64,000 nt of DNA from Octopus vulgaris (lineage: Eukaryota), in contig OX597821.1 in assembly GCA_951406725.2 (NCBI GenBank), forward strand, positions 52,762,001 through 52,826,000, read 5' to 3'. Shown piece by piece: positions 42,809-56,596 of the stretch (its first letter is position 1; every line of letters begins with the position of its first letter). The notes below the pieces were generated by a model, which saw only the letters and a program-made list of their open reading frames with translations, did not search any database and was not told the DNA's origin. Both the position numbers and the translations under genes were made by a program.

Positions 42809-42895
<87 letters not shown>

Positions 42896-44260
42896 CAATA
42901 AATTAGAGAGATATAGCTGACAATCCAATAATTTATTTCTATTATAATATAATATACTATAAACATAACACAATATAACACAATATAGTATAATAAATTA
43001 TTGGATTTTCAATTGTATCTTAATATTTAATCTATTGTTTGTAATTTGCATTATACACATATTCATGTGGATTTGAACCGACGTACCAGTGAATTGGATG
43101 TTTTACACACCCCTTTGAAAGAATTCTTTACATTTGTTTGTTACATGATAAATATATGTGTGTGTGTCTACAAGAATTTCATTCACATACAGTTGTCGCG
43201 ACACACTGCCATTACACTGATTGACCCATGCGCAATTTCTTTTCCTATTTACAATATTATGCGCACACACATCCGCTCATATATTAATGAAAATTACATA
43301 TGTTTTCTGAAGGTGGTCTTTCTAAGTGAATTCAGATATATTTAACTATATTGTATGCATATATTTTAGACTGCATCTATTAAAATTAACATAGAAAAAA
43401 CAGCAACATTAGCATCTGTCTATTCAATGACACAAACTTTAAGAAATATTTTCTAAAAAGTGATAAGTTAATCCGTACCGGATAGAGAATATTTGAAAGG
43501 CATAATATGCCAAATACATTTCTCATCCGATAACGTATTAGAGCGTGTCACAGAAACAAGTTTTCGGTTTTACGTCGAGTTTACGCTCGCTAAATACAAT
43601 TCGCTTATGTGATGTATACGAGAGGGCGCCAATACACGCATAGATTCTTACACGCACACGTACATACAGACATACGCGCGCACACGCACATGCAGATAAC
43701 GATTTTGTCATTAACTGTTTGCTTTTGGGAGGTGATTATTCGTTTTATCAATAGCATATTTCATGCGTTTCTGGTTAGTACCCAGAAAACACTGCTCCAG
43801 TGGACCTAGAATCATGACATTCCATTTGCCACAATTGTGTTCCTTTTTTCCTTGGATCACAATATATGTAGAAATATATCATCTGATGCACAATTCCATA
43901 TAATAGAAAATGGAAGGATATGTTAGGGAGGAGATTTGGCTGCCATTCCTTGCTATTAGACCGACTACGTCATGCTTAGTTTTTTGACGCAATATGCGTG
44001 AGTGAATATGTGTACAGACACACACGCACACACACGCGTTTACACAGATTAATTCATAAACATAACTGAACACTTATAATCAATGATTGCTTCCTTTCTC
44101 TGTCTGTCTGTCTGTCTCGCGCTCTCTGCATGTATGTATCGCGTGTATGTATGAGTGTGAATGTATTTGCTGATCGGTGTGTGCATGTGTATATATATAT
44201 ATGTATACACACATAAATGTTTGTGAATATATGTATGTATGTATGTATGTATATATATAT

Positions 44261-44643
44261 GGAGGCGCAAAGGCCCAGTGGTTAGGGCAGCGGACTCGCA
44301 GTCGTAGGATCGCGGTTTCGATTCCAAGACCGGGCGTTGTGAGTGTTTATTGAGCGAAAACACCTAAAGCTCCACGAGGCTCCGGCAGGGGGTGGTGGTG
44401 ATCCCTGCTGTACTCTTTCGCCACAACTTTCTCTCACTCTTACTTCCTGTTTCTGTTGTACCTGTATTTAAAAGGGCCGGCCTTGTCACTCTCTGTATCA
44501 CGCTGAATATCCCCGAGAACTACGTTAAGCGTACACGTGTCTGTGGAGAGCTCAGCCACTTACACGTTAATTTCACGAGCAGGCTGTTCCGTTGGTTGGA
44601 TCAACCGGATCCCTCATCGTCGTAACCGACGGAGTGCTTCCAC
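44261..44643 (+). mobile_element. tRNA-derived SINE family B, near full length
   Basis: A box GGCCCAGTGGTT, B box GGTTTCGATTCC; near-identical copy at 46343; flanked by (TA)n. Confidence 0.9.
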
Positions 44644-44644
44644 C

Positions 44645-44805
<161 letters not shown>

Positions 44806-44901
44806 GGTGATGATTGTATATATATGTGGATATGTGCGAATGTATTTGCGAAATATTAAAATTTAGCATGTGCAACCTAACATGTGAAACAAAGTGGACA
44901 G

Positions 44902-45132
44902 CTATTTCTTTACTACCCACAAGGAGCTAAACACAGAGGGAACGAACAAGGACAGACAAACGGACTAAGTCGATTATCTCGACCCCAGTGCGTAACTGGT
45001 ACTTATCTAATCGACCCCGAAAAGATGAAAGGTAAATCGACCTCGGCGGAATTTGAACTCAGAACGTAGCTCAGACGAAATACGGCTACGCATTTCGCCC
45101 GGCGTGCTAACGTTTCTGCCAGCTTGCCGCCT
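44902..45132 (-). mobile_element. SINE family C, full length
   Basis: Matches the other family C copies; pol III-like boxes. Confidence 0.9.
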
Positions 45133-45581
45133 TACAAAGATGACAGCTAGTGTATCCAATGCCGCTCGTGTCGATCGTGCAGAGGCACATTGACAGCGAA
45201 CGAAATGAACGGCGTGCGTCTACTAGATTCAAAAGCACCTGTTCGATTAGCTACTATCAAAGTCAAAGACTTACTAACGGGGACAGTGATTCTGTACCAC
45301 CTGAGGAGATAAAACTGGATCGCATTGCACAGGGAAACCGTTGCTTCATTTAAATCGTGTGTGTATGTGGATCTATGTCGTATCGAAACGTGTGTAGTGT
45401 ATATTAAATAGCTGTCTAACGTACTCCTTCTTGTTGACTCTGTTTTTTCAATTTTACTTTCAAATCCGATGAATGTCTAAACGAAGACATGGCAGTAACA
45501 CTACTGGCTATTTGGTAATTCTAAGGGTGAACGAGCTCTATTTTGTACTCTACAACGTTCTTATCGGAATACACCTTAAAT

Positions 45582-45661
<80 letters not shown>

Positions 45662-45796
45662 CCTATCTATCTCTCTTACTATAAATATATATATCCTTGG
45701 AAGAGGATGCGTGGCGTTCGATCATATAATAATATAAATAATATATATATGTATATGCATATGTGCATACGTGTATGTACATGCCTATATCTATAC

Positions 45797-45853
<57 letters not shown>

Positions 45854-46342
45854 CATACATGGACATAGGACGTCATGAATCGTGTACAACAAAAAATACG
45901 ACGCACGAGTACATGGAACATGACCTATTATTTCGAACAACGAACGACACAAATGGTAAACAAAACAAACAACATAACGAACGATCCTTCATCAGCTGTT
46001 GCCTGTTTTTCTATTCTCGTATTTCGAGAATTTCACAGCAATATACGCTTTGGTTAAAACAGTTGATCCCGCAAAGCAAATAAAATAAAATTTGATATAT
46101 ATATACAATCTGAATATATTAAACCAAGGTTTACCCTTCAATTACCGATTACTGTTAACCTTACAGCAAAGCATATACATACTTAGGTAATGCAGCAGTA
46201 GTGCCTATCGATACATTCATTTATCCCATAGAGGTTGCATAACCTCTAACTCCTAATTCATATATATAAATACACACACACGCATATATATACACACATA
46301 CACACACACACACACATATACTCACATATATATATATATAGT

Positions 46343-46695
46343 AGAGGCGCAATGGCCCAGTGGTTAGGGCAGCGTACTCGAGGTTGTAGGATAGCAGTTT
46401 CGATACCCAGACTGGGCGTTGGGAGTGTTTATTGCGCGAAAACACCTAAACTTCCAGAAGGCTCCGACAGGGATTTGTAGTGATCCCTGCTGTACTCTTT
46501 AACCACAACTTTCTCTCACTCTTCCTGTTTCTGTTGTACCTGTATTTCAAAGGGCCAGCCTTGTCACACACTATGTCACGCTGAATCTCCCCGAGAACTG
46601 CGGTAAAGGTACACGTGCCTGTGGAGTGATCAGCCACTTGCCCGTTAATTCCAGGAGCTGGCTGCTCCGTTGATTGGATCAACTGTAACCCTCGT
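46343..46695 (+). mobile_element. tRNA-derived SINE family B
   Basis: Collinear with 44261-44643. Confidence 0.9.
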
Positions 46696-46793
46696 TTTAC
46701 CTGCCAATTCTGTACAATACATTGTAGATCTTTAGCTGGGCTAAAATGTCACATTCGATCACAGCACCAATAACAGTTAAGCTTCGTGCAATG

Positions 46794-46840
<47 letters not shown>

Positions 46841-47634
46841 GCACACACAGAGTCATACATGCACATGCATACATATGTACATACATATTGTGCTAGTGAA
46901 CTAACAATGACGTTGTCACAGTAAGAAATATCAGCCAAATCTCCTTCCTAACATACCCTTCCATTTACTATTAAAAGAATCGTGCATCGGAAGATATAAT
47001 TCTATATACACTGTGGTTCAAAGAAAAACAAAATAAAAAAAACGAAATTGTTACAGGAGGAATGTGATTATTATAGAGAAGTGTTTCCTGGGGTGTAACT
47101 AGAAGCACATGACAAGTACAATGTGTAAAATGAATAAATATTTCTCAAAAGCTGGCGGATAATAACAATCTCGTTAAAGCAAACTTCTATAACCCTATTT
47201 CAAGCAACGATTTTACTACTTCAAGAAAATGTTTGCTTTTGTGTCCACTGTTTCTAATTTGGGAAGGCGCATTTTAAACCTAAAATAAAAACGCTTCTCC
47301 CACGTGATGATGTTTCTCAGAAATGTACTTTTAAAATTTAGGAAAAGAGTGCCTATGTGAAGTGTATAGGAATAAAACCGTTGTGGCTAGCATATGGTAT
47401 AATAATCAGTATAATCGATGTAACAATTTTCTAGGGATATGTAGCCCTTTTCAGTTATATTTAAGGAACGAATATATGAAGATCAAATATAAATTTCAAA
47501 AGAGTTATTAAAAATTGGCATATATTATTCTACATATTATTCTTGCACTAACAGACCACAATAAACTCCAAAATTCATAAAATAAATTCCATCATATAAT
47601 CCACTGAAATGGTACATATTATAAATATGCGTAA

Positions 47635-48030
47635 TTGAGTGGTAAGAAGCTCCTTTTTAACTGTATGGTACCAGCTTCAGTCCCACAGTGTGGCACCTTC
47701 AGCAGGTGTCTTCTACTATATCCTCGAGCCGATCAAAGCGTTGTGCATGGATCAGGTAGATGCAAACTGAAAGAAGCCCGCCGTATATGTCTGTGTTCGT
47801 GTGTGTGTGTGTGTGTGTGCGTGCGTGTGCTTGTGTCCCTTAACCCTGCTTGACAACCGATGCTAGTATGTTTACGTCCCTGTAACCTAGCTTTTCGGCA
47901 AAAGAATAGGATAAGTACCAGGCTTAAATAAACTAAGAATTGGAGTCGATTCATTCGACTAAATATTAGTGAAGGCGGTACCGCGACAGCTTCATGGCCC
48001 AGTGTCTAGTGACTGACGCCAGTAAAAGAT
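47635..48030 (+). mobile_element. SINE family A, older copy
   Basis: Collinear with 59614-60009. Confidence 0.85.
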
Positions 48031-48444
48031 AACAGAAATTAATCACCAAGGCAACAAATACCATCAGCGTCTTGTTAATTCAACATCTAAAGAGGTAGAA
48101 TGAACATAAAATAACAGGGTTAATTCACTAAGTGCATTGTTTATGAAAGAAGCTTAGTTTTCTTATACTATCTCTTTTGTCGGCTTAAGCACCAGTGAGA
48201 GCACGCTATAAAATTTCTTTCTCCACCATATATGTGCATCTTTTTCATAGTTTTTACATTTTAGCTTAAATGCTTTGTTTCTTCATTACTAAATAGCCCC
48301 TAAAGTAGTCGGGTAGTATTATAAATAGCTGTGCCATAAACAGTCTTTAATAACCTATGCCATAATAGATTATAGAAAAAATAAAGTAAATTGCTTATCA
48401 GATCTTAATAATTGTTGGTTATATTTGAGGTCGACACTTTTTTC

Positions 48445-48614
48445 TAATAATAATAATAATAACATCGAAAAATACATTAGGAATGAGAACCCAGGTTCAA
48501 AGTTTACCCAAGACAGCTGATGAAGGCTGGAGGGTATATCAGCCGAAACGTTGTGTTAACAACAAACAAGATGAGGACAAATATCCGCCAAATGTAAATA
48601 ATGTAAATAATGTA
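48445..48614 (+). mobile_element. Short retroelement end carrying a minimal hammerhead-like motif
   Basis: (TAA)n at the 5' side; CTGATGA-A-GGCTG..CAGCC-GAAACGTT at 48517-48552; tandem (AATGTAAAT)n tail. Confidence 0.55.
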
Positions 48615-50015
48615 GTTTAATGCTGTGTTTTCTCTGTCTGTCTCTCTGCTTCTCTCTCTCACATCTCGCTCTCTTTCTCTCCAGTTGCTTTATCCTAGCT
48701 TTACTCCATTGCCTCGTTCCAAACGAGCCGAGAAATTATCTATGGCAATTCATAGCTACATAAAGATTTAAAACATGCAGAGAATGCGTTGTGCCTGCTA
48801 TTAAGCCATACACGCTTGTGAGTGACGGCTAAACTAGTAATATTGGTGTTATATCTTAATCAATATTGTTGTCTAGTGCTATGTGAGCCCTGATCAAGAG
48901 GGCCTAGGATCAAAAGCAGTTCAACTGTGACAAGTTTCCGCCCTATAAACTTACTGTATAGGATCCCACGTTTGGTCTTACATAATCACAAGAAGGCGAA
49001 GTTGGTTAAGTATGGTCGAGATATCTTGTTATGTTCCATTTTATATTTTATCTTTCAGAGGTAGGTAACATTTCTGCTAGCCTATAAGTAATCCACTAAA
49101 TCCTTGAAACTGGTGCCCCAATATGGCCATTGACGAATAGCAGAGTGCAGCAAAAGAATACCACATTATGGACCAGTTTCAGTATTTCGGTGAAAATATA
49201 AGCAAGTTTTGTGTAACACTGAACTTAAGATATGTAGAGATAAATTCTGAAGATACAGAATATACATATCTACCAAGCAAGAGAACGGTATTCTTATATC
49301 CCGAAGTGTAGAAGTGAAAAGCCATGAGTTAACAGTCTTTTGCAAATGTGTCGAGAGTGGGCAAAGAGCATACTGTCAATTATAATTACACTTTCAGATG
49401 TAAAACAGCTTAAATGTTATCTTACACACCAAAATTAAATCAGCCTTTAGTTTAACAACAATTTTTCCTCTCGCTTTCTCTTAAATTGGCTCTATTACAA
49501 CTGCAGATAACGATAAGCTTCAATTCCATTCTGACACAAATTGTTATTTCCGAAGTTATAAGAAGCTTCTGTTCTGTGCTAAGAGCATTAGAAACAGGAA
49601 GTTTAATATTATTAGAGTCACAAGGAATAATTTTTTTGGTTTGCGTGTGTTTTCCGCAGTAGAGGAATGCTCCACAGTGCATGTTAAAAGTGCTTATTAA
49701 TAACCCATTGTAAAAGTAAATTTCTGTTTACCATTTTACTCACTGATGGTCTATAGATCGGTAAAGAAGAAACCATTTTATGGAATATTCAAAGAACTTC
49801 TATTACAGAATAGTTTATAAAAACGATACACTATCGATAGATAACATATCCCACACTATGTTAAAAAACGGTGAGGTACCAACTGAAATGACATTTCATT
49901 TCAATCTCATTTAGCTATTTTACTAGAAGATATTGTCCTTGCGAAATAGCGGAATAAGTTAATAATACAGACTCTAAAAACATTTCTCTGATTACAGATA
50001 ATATATATACGAGGT

Positions 50016-50016
<1 letters not shown>

Positions 50017-50066
<50 letters not shown>

Positions 50067-50100
50067 CAGCAGCAGCAGTAGTGTAGTACTAGTAGTAGCA
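50017..50100. repeat. (TAG)n/(CAG)n microsatellite
   Basis: Directly visible. Confidence 0.95.
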
Positions 50101-51514
50101 GCTTAAACTTAATTTTATCGAATGCAGTAATTAACATGCGAACTATGAACATAGATTTGTTTAAGTGTAAAATCTAACCTTAGTTTGTTAAAACTCTTCA
50201 AGATTCACGCATTTCATAAGCAAGGGATACTTTATCATATCTAGCAAAAAGCGTATCTACTTATTCTCTTGTAATTCTTTACATAACTAGCATACTAGTT
50301 GTTTATATTCCCTGTTTTTAACGAAAAACTGTGCAAAATATAAAGTTGTTGACAGAAAAAATAATAATGTTAATATTAATTGTAGATTTTCGAATCAATG
50401 CAGACTAGAAATGGATTTCTAAATTAAAGGAAAGCAATGCAGATTATAGGATTCAAGATGGTCACTGGAACCGTATTTCAAATAGCCATTCTTACTTAAA
50501 AGTGGACATTGCGTTTTTGCATTTTCGGAAATATCGAAAAATTGATCGGTAACGGCAGCTGTAGAATTCGCTAGTTCACAGAAACCTTGACACATATCTA
50601 TTTTTTGTAACAATATTGAATTTCAATTATATCAAAGAAAATGAGAAAATAAAAGAATACGAAGTTATTAAACATATAATTTAAGCATTATAAAATCGAG
50701 AATTGTTCAACTTTAAAAAAAACAGTAGTTAGATTTCAAGGAAGGCATGAATGATAAATATTGCAACTATGCAACACTTGAGCAGGTAATAGTTTCTTGA
50801 AGAATTTTATGCCATTTTTATCATTTAATTAATGAATATACTGAACATAACAATTTTTTTTTTTACTTTGGTATTTTTCATGGCAAACAAGAACTATTTT
50901 TATCACTCAAACCATGCAATAAAATACATCATGCCTATTTGAAGAATTATTTCCTTTGAAATAGAAGATATTTTACCTAATTTTACCAGTAAATATTGTT
51001 CTTCCCATACACATCAAAATATATCAAACATTGGAAACAACAGGTTTAATTCGTTCATGTTTCAGATAATAACATTTATCTAGAACTTCAATTGTATAAT
51101 ACCTAATTTGTGAAAGTGCATGTGAGGTACAATAATTCTGTCGATCTTCTGTGTCTCTGCATTTACCATATTGTGTTTTCATTAAAATAGCTTCTATACT
51201 GTATAATACTTCACTTAAAACACTATACCTCTTATTTAATGTAAATTCATAGAATTTGCTTGATGTGCATATATTTGCATATACAATAATCTGAGGACCT
51301 TATTAGAATATTGGTTGTGTTGATAAAAAACTGGATTAAAAATTAGGCTGAATCATGTGAATATAACAAAATTTAACAAAATCTTGTTAAGAATATACTG
51401 CTCTCCCATTGATGCAGATCTCAAGGAAAGCACTTGATTTTAATAGAATATCCTTACTCATTAATAATTCTCTACTTTAAGATGGCTTCCTTTATTATTA
51501 TTCTCTCTCTCTCT

Positions 51515-51576
<62 letters not shown>

Positions 51577-53203
51577 GCATACATATATGTGTGTGTATGA
51601 GTGTGCGTCTACACATATATGCGTATGCATGTATGTTATATAAGTATTCTTATACCTTATTATGATGGTTTGTGAATTTTGGTTACTGCTTACGTCCAGT
51701 AAATTGCTATCCCAATTGCAATCGATTTTAGCAAATGCAACAATCAAAGTCTCTTATGATGTTATTGATCAAATTTATTTTATCCCAATATAAATAGCTA
51801 GAAGGCCGGAGGACGAAGTCCTAGACCTGCGTAGTTGCTCTAGTGTGTTTAGCTTATTTAATTCCTTTTCGAAGAGGAAGTTATTATAGGTATGTTTAAA
51901 TTTTATCGCTAAAGTCTAACTGACACATTATGTCTCGTTATCAAGCATGTAAACAGACTTATACACGTGGATGGGAAAAGTGTTTGAAGAATTTAGAGCT
52001 GAAGTAACAAGTTGAAATTTAGTTGAAGTATTTCATTGACAGCCAATAATTAAATAAATGTTTATTTGAGGAAGTGAAGGAAGTGTTACATTTGCGTGTT
52101 AAAATATGTTCTAAACGGAGACAGATGTTTCTCTCCTTCTTCATGAAACTTAAGTTAACTAACACAACGAATTTAGATCATGTGTGTGGGCCACTTTTCG
52201 TTATTCTTTTCTACAAACTCACATGATTATTGTAACGTCGTATTGTCATTAATTTTATGATACTGACAGATGTTTGAGCCGCTTTAGTAAATATTTGATA
52301 TATTGTTTTAACATTTATTGATAATGCATATTAGATTCCATGCTGCCCTGCGCGACAGATCTACAATTGATTTCATTATTTGCCTGAAGATAGACTGCAT
52401 CACTATCGTATGGTTAGCATGATCGCAGATTGTATTCAACAGGTCGTTTTTACTTGAGATATACGAATACGCCTGCACGTTGAAATAGAGTCATGGAACC
52501 GTTTATCCTGCAGAAATGCTGTGAGAACGGGGTTGAAAATAAGAAGGGACTTCACAATTGGGTTTAGGTACTGAAAGTACCGATATGGAAGACATAACCA
52601 AGTAACCATTCAGTATTCACACCCGTGATGATTACAGAGAGAACTGACACGTTCGAAAATATCCTTGCAGTCATCACATTTAATGCACTAGAATTAGAGT
52701 TGGAATAGAGAAAGTAAAATAACTCCTTTATCTCTCAAGGGAAACAGAGGCTGACGATGGTGGAGTAATAAGTTGTAATTTTAACGCAGGCATTTCTAGT
52801 AAACCTAATGCACTATTAAATCTTGGTATATATTCCCTATACCATAGAAGTGGTGTGATTGTAAATATATTTTAATCACGTTGGAATACTGGTTTTTTGG
52901 CGAAAAAGTATTTAATTTTACTTGCATAAATTCAGAAACAACTAACTATTACATAACTATTACCAAAATTCAGACAAAGTAACTATTTAAAACTATTTCA
53001 ATATCTTGCATTCTCTTGTAGAGGGACTGCTATTACGACACTTATGAAATACGTATCTCACGGTGAATTTAGTTTGATATCAATGTTTTAGCGAATGGAA
53101 AATATATAGTGTTAGACGTAAACACTTCAGACTAAAAGAATAGCAAAAAATAAAGATATTTCATGAATTTGGAGAATGAACAATATTTACAATATTGACG
53201 TAT

Positions 53204-53490
53204 TTAACTATATCAAAAGTGAACTTGATTAGTACTTAGATGGGTGACCATTTGTGAAATGCCGGAGTTGTGCACTTCTACTAATGAAGGTGACTGCTTT
53301 TGGTTAGTAAACTTACTAGAAATGCAGCCAAAGAACCTTCGAGAAAACATTTTGCTATCATTGAAAATTTAGGATAGGATAGTGGAATGTTAGATACACT
53401 ATTTAAATAAAAGGCTGGGTAGTCATGACTGAAATGTCTTTCTTCTTAGGCCTGTCCAGCATGACGATTGATATCATCAGTTAAATAACA
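53204..53490 (+). mobile_element. Candidate 5S rRNA-derived SINE (SINE3-like), decayed
   Basis: TTAGTACTTAGATGGGTGACC...GAAATGCCGGAGTTGT resembles the 3' half of 5S rRNA; followed by a body (AGAAAT.GCAGCCAAA...TAGATACACT...GTCA.GACTG.AATG) repeated elsewhere in the window. Confidence 0.5.
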
Positions 53491-54439
53491 CAAACGTTCA
53501 CAACTTACACTCAATAACACAATCAATCGTTTTTAAAAACGTAGCTGGGTGTATATTGCCAAATGTAGTCCTAGATACACTGTCTGAAAAATAAGACGGA
53601 ATGGTCACTACTGGAATGTTTTTCGTAATGCAGTTATTGGCCTTTAATCATGAAGTAAATGAATAACCTCGTGTTAGTGGTAGAGATATGCACTCCAACA
53701 TATCGACAACAGTAAAATTGTAACATGTAAACTTTCTGAAAACCAGTATACAAAATAACGAGGCCATGGTGGTGATGCTACATAGCTGATTGATCTACTA
53801 AATGTAGCATCAAACTGCCCCCTTAAATCACACCCTATCATCATAAAAGAACAGGGAAACAACATTGGATAATAAGGTCATGAATATTCAAAAAGATGGT
53901 ATTGCCACAGCCAGAACGTTTCTGATTCTAAGTCTGCTTGATCAGCACTAATATTAGGCTAAATTATAACACTGGAAGAATCTAAGCTAACAGCAATGTT
54001 GAAAATTGCCCTACAAAAAAAAAACAAACACAAAATAAAACAGAATAGAGAAGTGAACTGCTGGCAAAACGAGAGTATGTTTACGTCCGCTGGCGCCGTT
54101 TGTAAAGAGAACACCACGCAGAAAACATGTTAAACGTCTACTGCTCTGGTTCAAACGTTTTATTTCTGAGGATATTGAATATAATGGAAAAGATGTTTTA
54201 GATGAAAGATTAGATAGATAGATGTACATCTATTGAAGCTGGTCAGAATGTCGGGATTGGGAGGAAATAATAGACGCTGCAAGAATGGTTATATTCAAAG
54301 AATTGAAAGGAAGTAGTGTTGCTAGAGGTTTTATTACAATCATATCTACTTATGAATAGAATGTAATATTTTGTATGAACTGTAATAGCTACACATACAT
54401 ACATGCCTTCACATCCATACGCACACATACATCTATCCA

Positions 54440-54589
54440 TATTTATATATATATGTATATATATTTATATGTATATATATGTATACATGTATATGTATAT
54501 ATAAGTATATATGTATATATGTATATGTATATATATGTATATGTATATATATGTATATATGTATATGTATATATATATGTATATATATG

Positions 54590-54620
<31 letters not shown>

Positions 54621-54639
54621 GTATATATATATATGTATA

Positions 54640-54724
<85 letters not shown>

Positions 54725-54747
54725 ATATATATGTATATATATATGTA

Positions 54748-54779
<32 letters not shown>

Positions 54780-54780
54780 G
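54440..54780. repeat. Degenerate (TA)n/(TATATG)n tract
   Basis: Directly visible. Confidence 0.97.
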
Positions 54781-56151
54781 TGGGGGTGTATAATTCATTT
54801 AGATGTTTATGTATTTGTGTTTATAATAGATCTCTTGACATATTTGACACTGCTTGAGAGAAACTTTTTTAAGCTGTGGTTACGACATATGTTTCCCTTC
54901 ATCAATTATATATACACATGCACACACACACACACACACACGCACGTACATACACTGACACCCGTACATGCATACTCATATACACATATATATTACTGAA
55001 CGATATGGTTAAGCTAGATAAATAAGTTGAGAAAGTCGAAAATAAGCGAATCTTCTGATTACGTGGATCTGCAATCAATGAAATCGCAAATATAACCTAA
55101 CCCATATTTCTGCACTTTAGACTGTATATTAGCTTACTTTTTCCGATGCACACTTTTGTTTCATTAGAGATAAAAGTACATGTTTTGCGGAGAGATTGGC
55201 TGCTATTTCTATTGTATCTAACCCTGCTGTTGGCTTACGCCTATACATGCATTTAATCCATTACTGTTAAAATTGTATTAATTACTTTCTTTTCATTGAG
55301 ATAACATATGGCTTTTATAGATTCCAACTATTAAATCGAATCTCTCCTTAATGATGCATTCATAAGTCAATACTACAGCAACAGGATTTTGAATGCAACC
55401 TAATTTTAGCAAAGTAAGCGCTAATAGACATCCAGCGGAGATACAAAACAGCAGCTAGAAAATATGTTGAATATATTCCTTTTGAATTTTCTCAAAGTTA
55501 GAAGATTAAAAAAATTCCAAAGTTTCATCAAATCTCCCAATTTAGTGTGACACCAAGTAAATATAATGCAGTTTCTTTTTTCTATTTGATACACTACCAA
55601 CTAATATTTGTAAGTGCTGTATACGCAACATGTATATTCATTAAATAGGATAAAGAATTGAAAGAATTTTCTACAAATGATACTTTTTAAAAAATCACTT
55701 TGAATAATTTGAAGAGCTTTTCCAATAGTATAGACAGCTTTTCCAACGCAGCTACAGTCATTTGTGTTTTTGCATTTACTAACATAAAACTTACTTATAT
55801 TTATTTCTTCAATTGTTTTTTGCTGTATAGTATGTCATGATGGTAGGACTTCATTCAATGCACACAGCTGCTTTCAGTTAACATATGTGATATTGCATAC
55901 AGAAAAGGGTTATTTGCATCATCCTAATTCGAGAAAAATTTCACGCAATAAGAGAAAAAAAATAAAGAGCTATATTTTAGCTGTAGAAGTAACTGGAGAC
56001 TTTAACAAAATCAAAATCAAATTATAAATTGACAATAAAGAACAAAACTAAAAATAAAAAAATGGACACATGAAGCGTAAGTTAAAGTGGAACACATGCG
56101 TTTGCATAAATAAACACGCATGTTATTTAGACAAACACATACACGCACCTG

Positions 56152-56152
<1 letters not shown>

Positions 56153-56207
<55 letters not shown>

Positions 56208-56289
56208 ATATACATACACATATGTATACATATATATATATACATACACATATATATATACACATATACATATATATACATACATATAC

Positions 56290-56336
<47 letters not shown>

Positions 56337-56359
56337 GATATACACATATATATACATAT

Positions 56360-56406
<47 letters not shown>
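56153..56406. repeat. Degenerate (TA)n/(CA)n tract
   Basis: Directly visible. Confidence 0.97.
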
Positions 56407-56410
<4 letters not shown>

Positions 56411-56563
56411 TTCCCTCTTTTTGGAGCGTTAAATTAATACACCATCCGTTAAAACCTATCCCTCCTGTATTCTTTACCTTCATTATACATATATACATTA
56501 CATTTAGATATATAGATATACATGCATGTTTACATAATACCTATCTCTCATTCTTTTTCTCAA

Positions 56564-56596
<33 letters not shown>

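Noticed and set aside
44261-44335. tRNA gene
   Set aside because: The tRNA-like head continues into a multi-copy SINE body; no proper acceptor stem or terminator.
53229-53272. Functional 5S rRNA gene
   Set aside because: Only a diverged 3' half is present.
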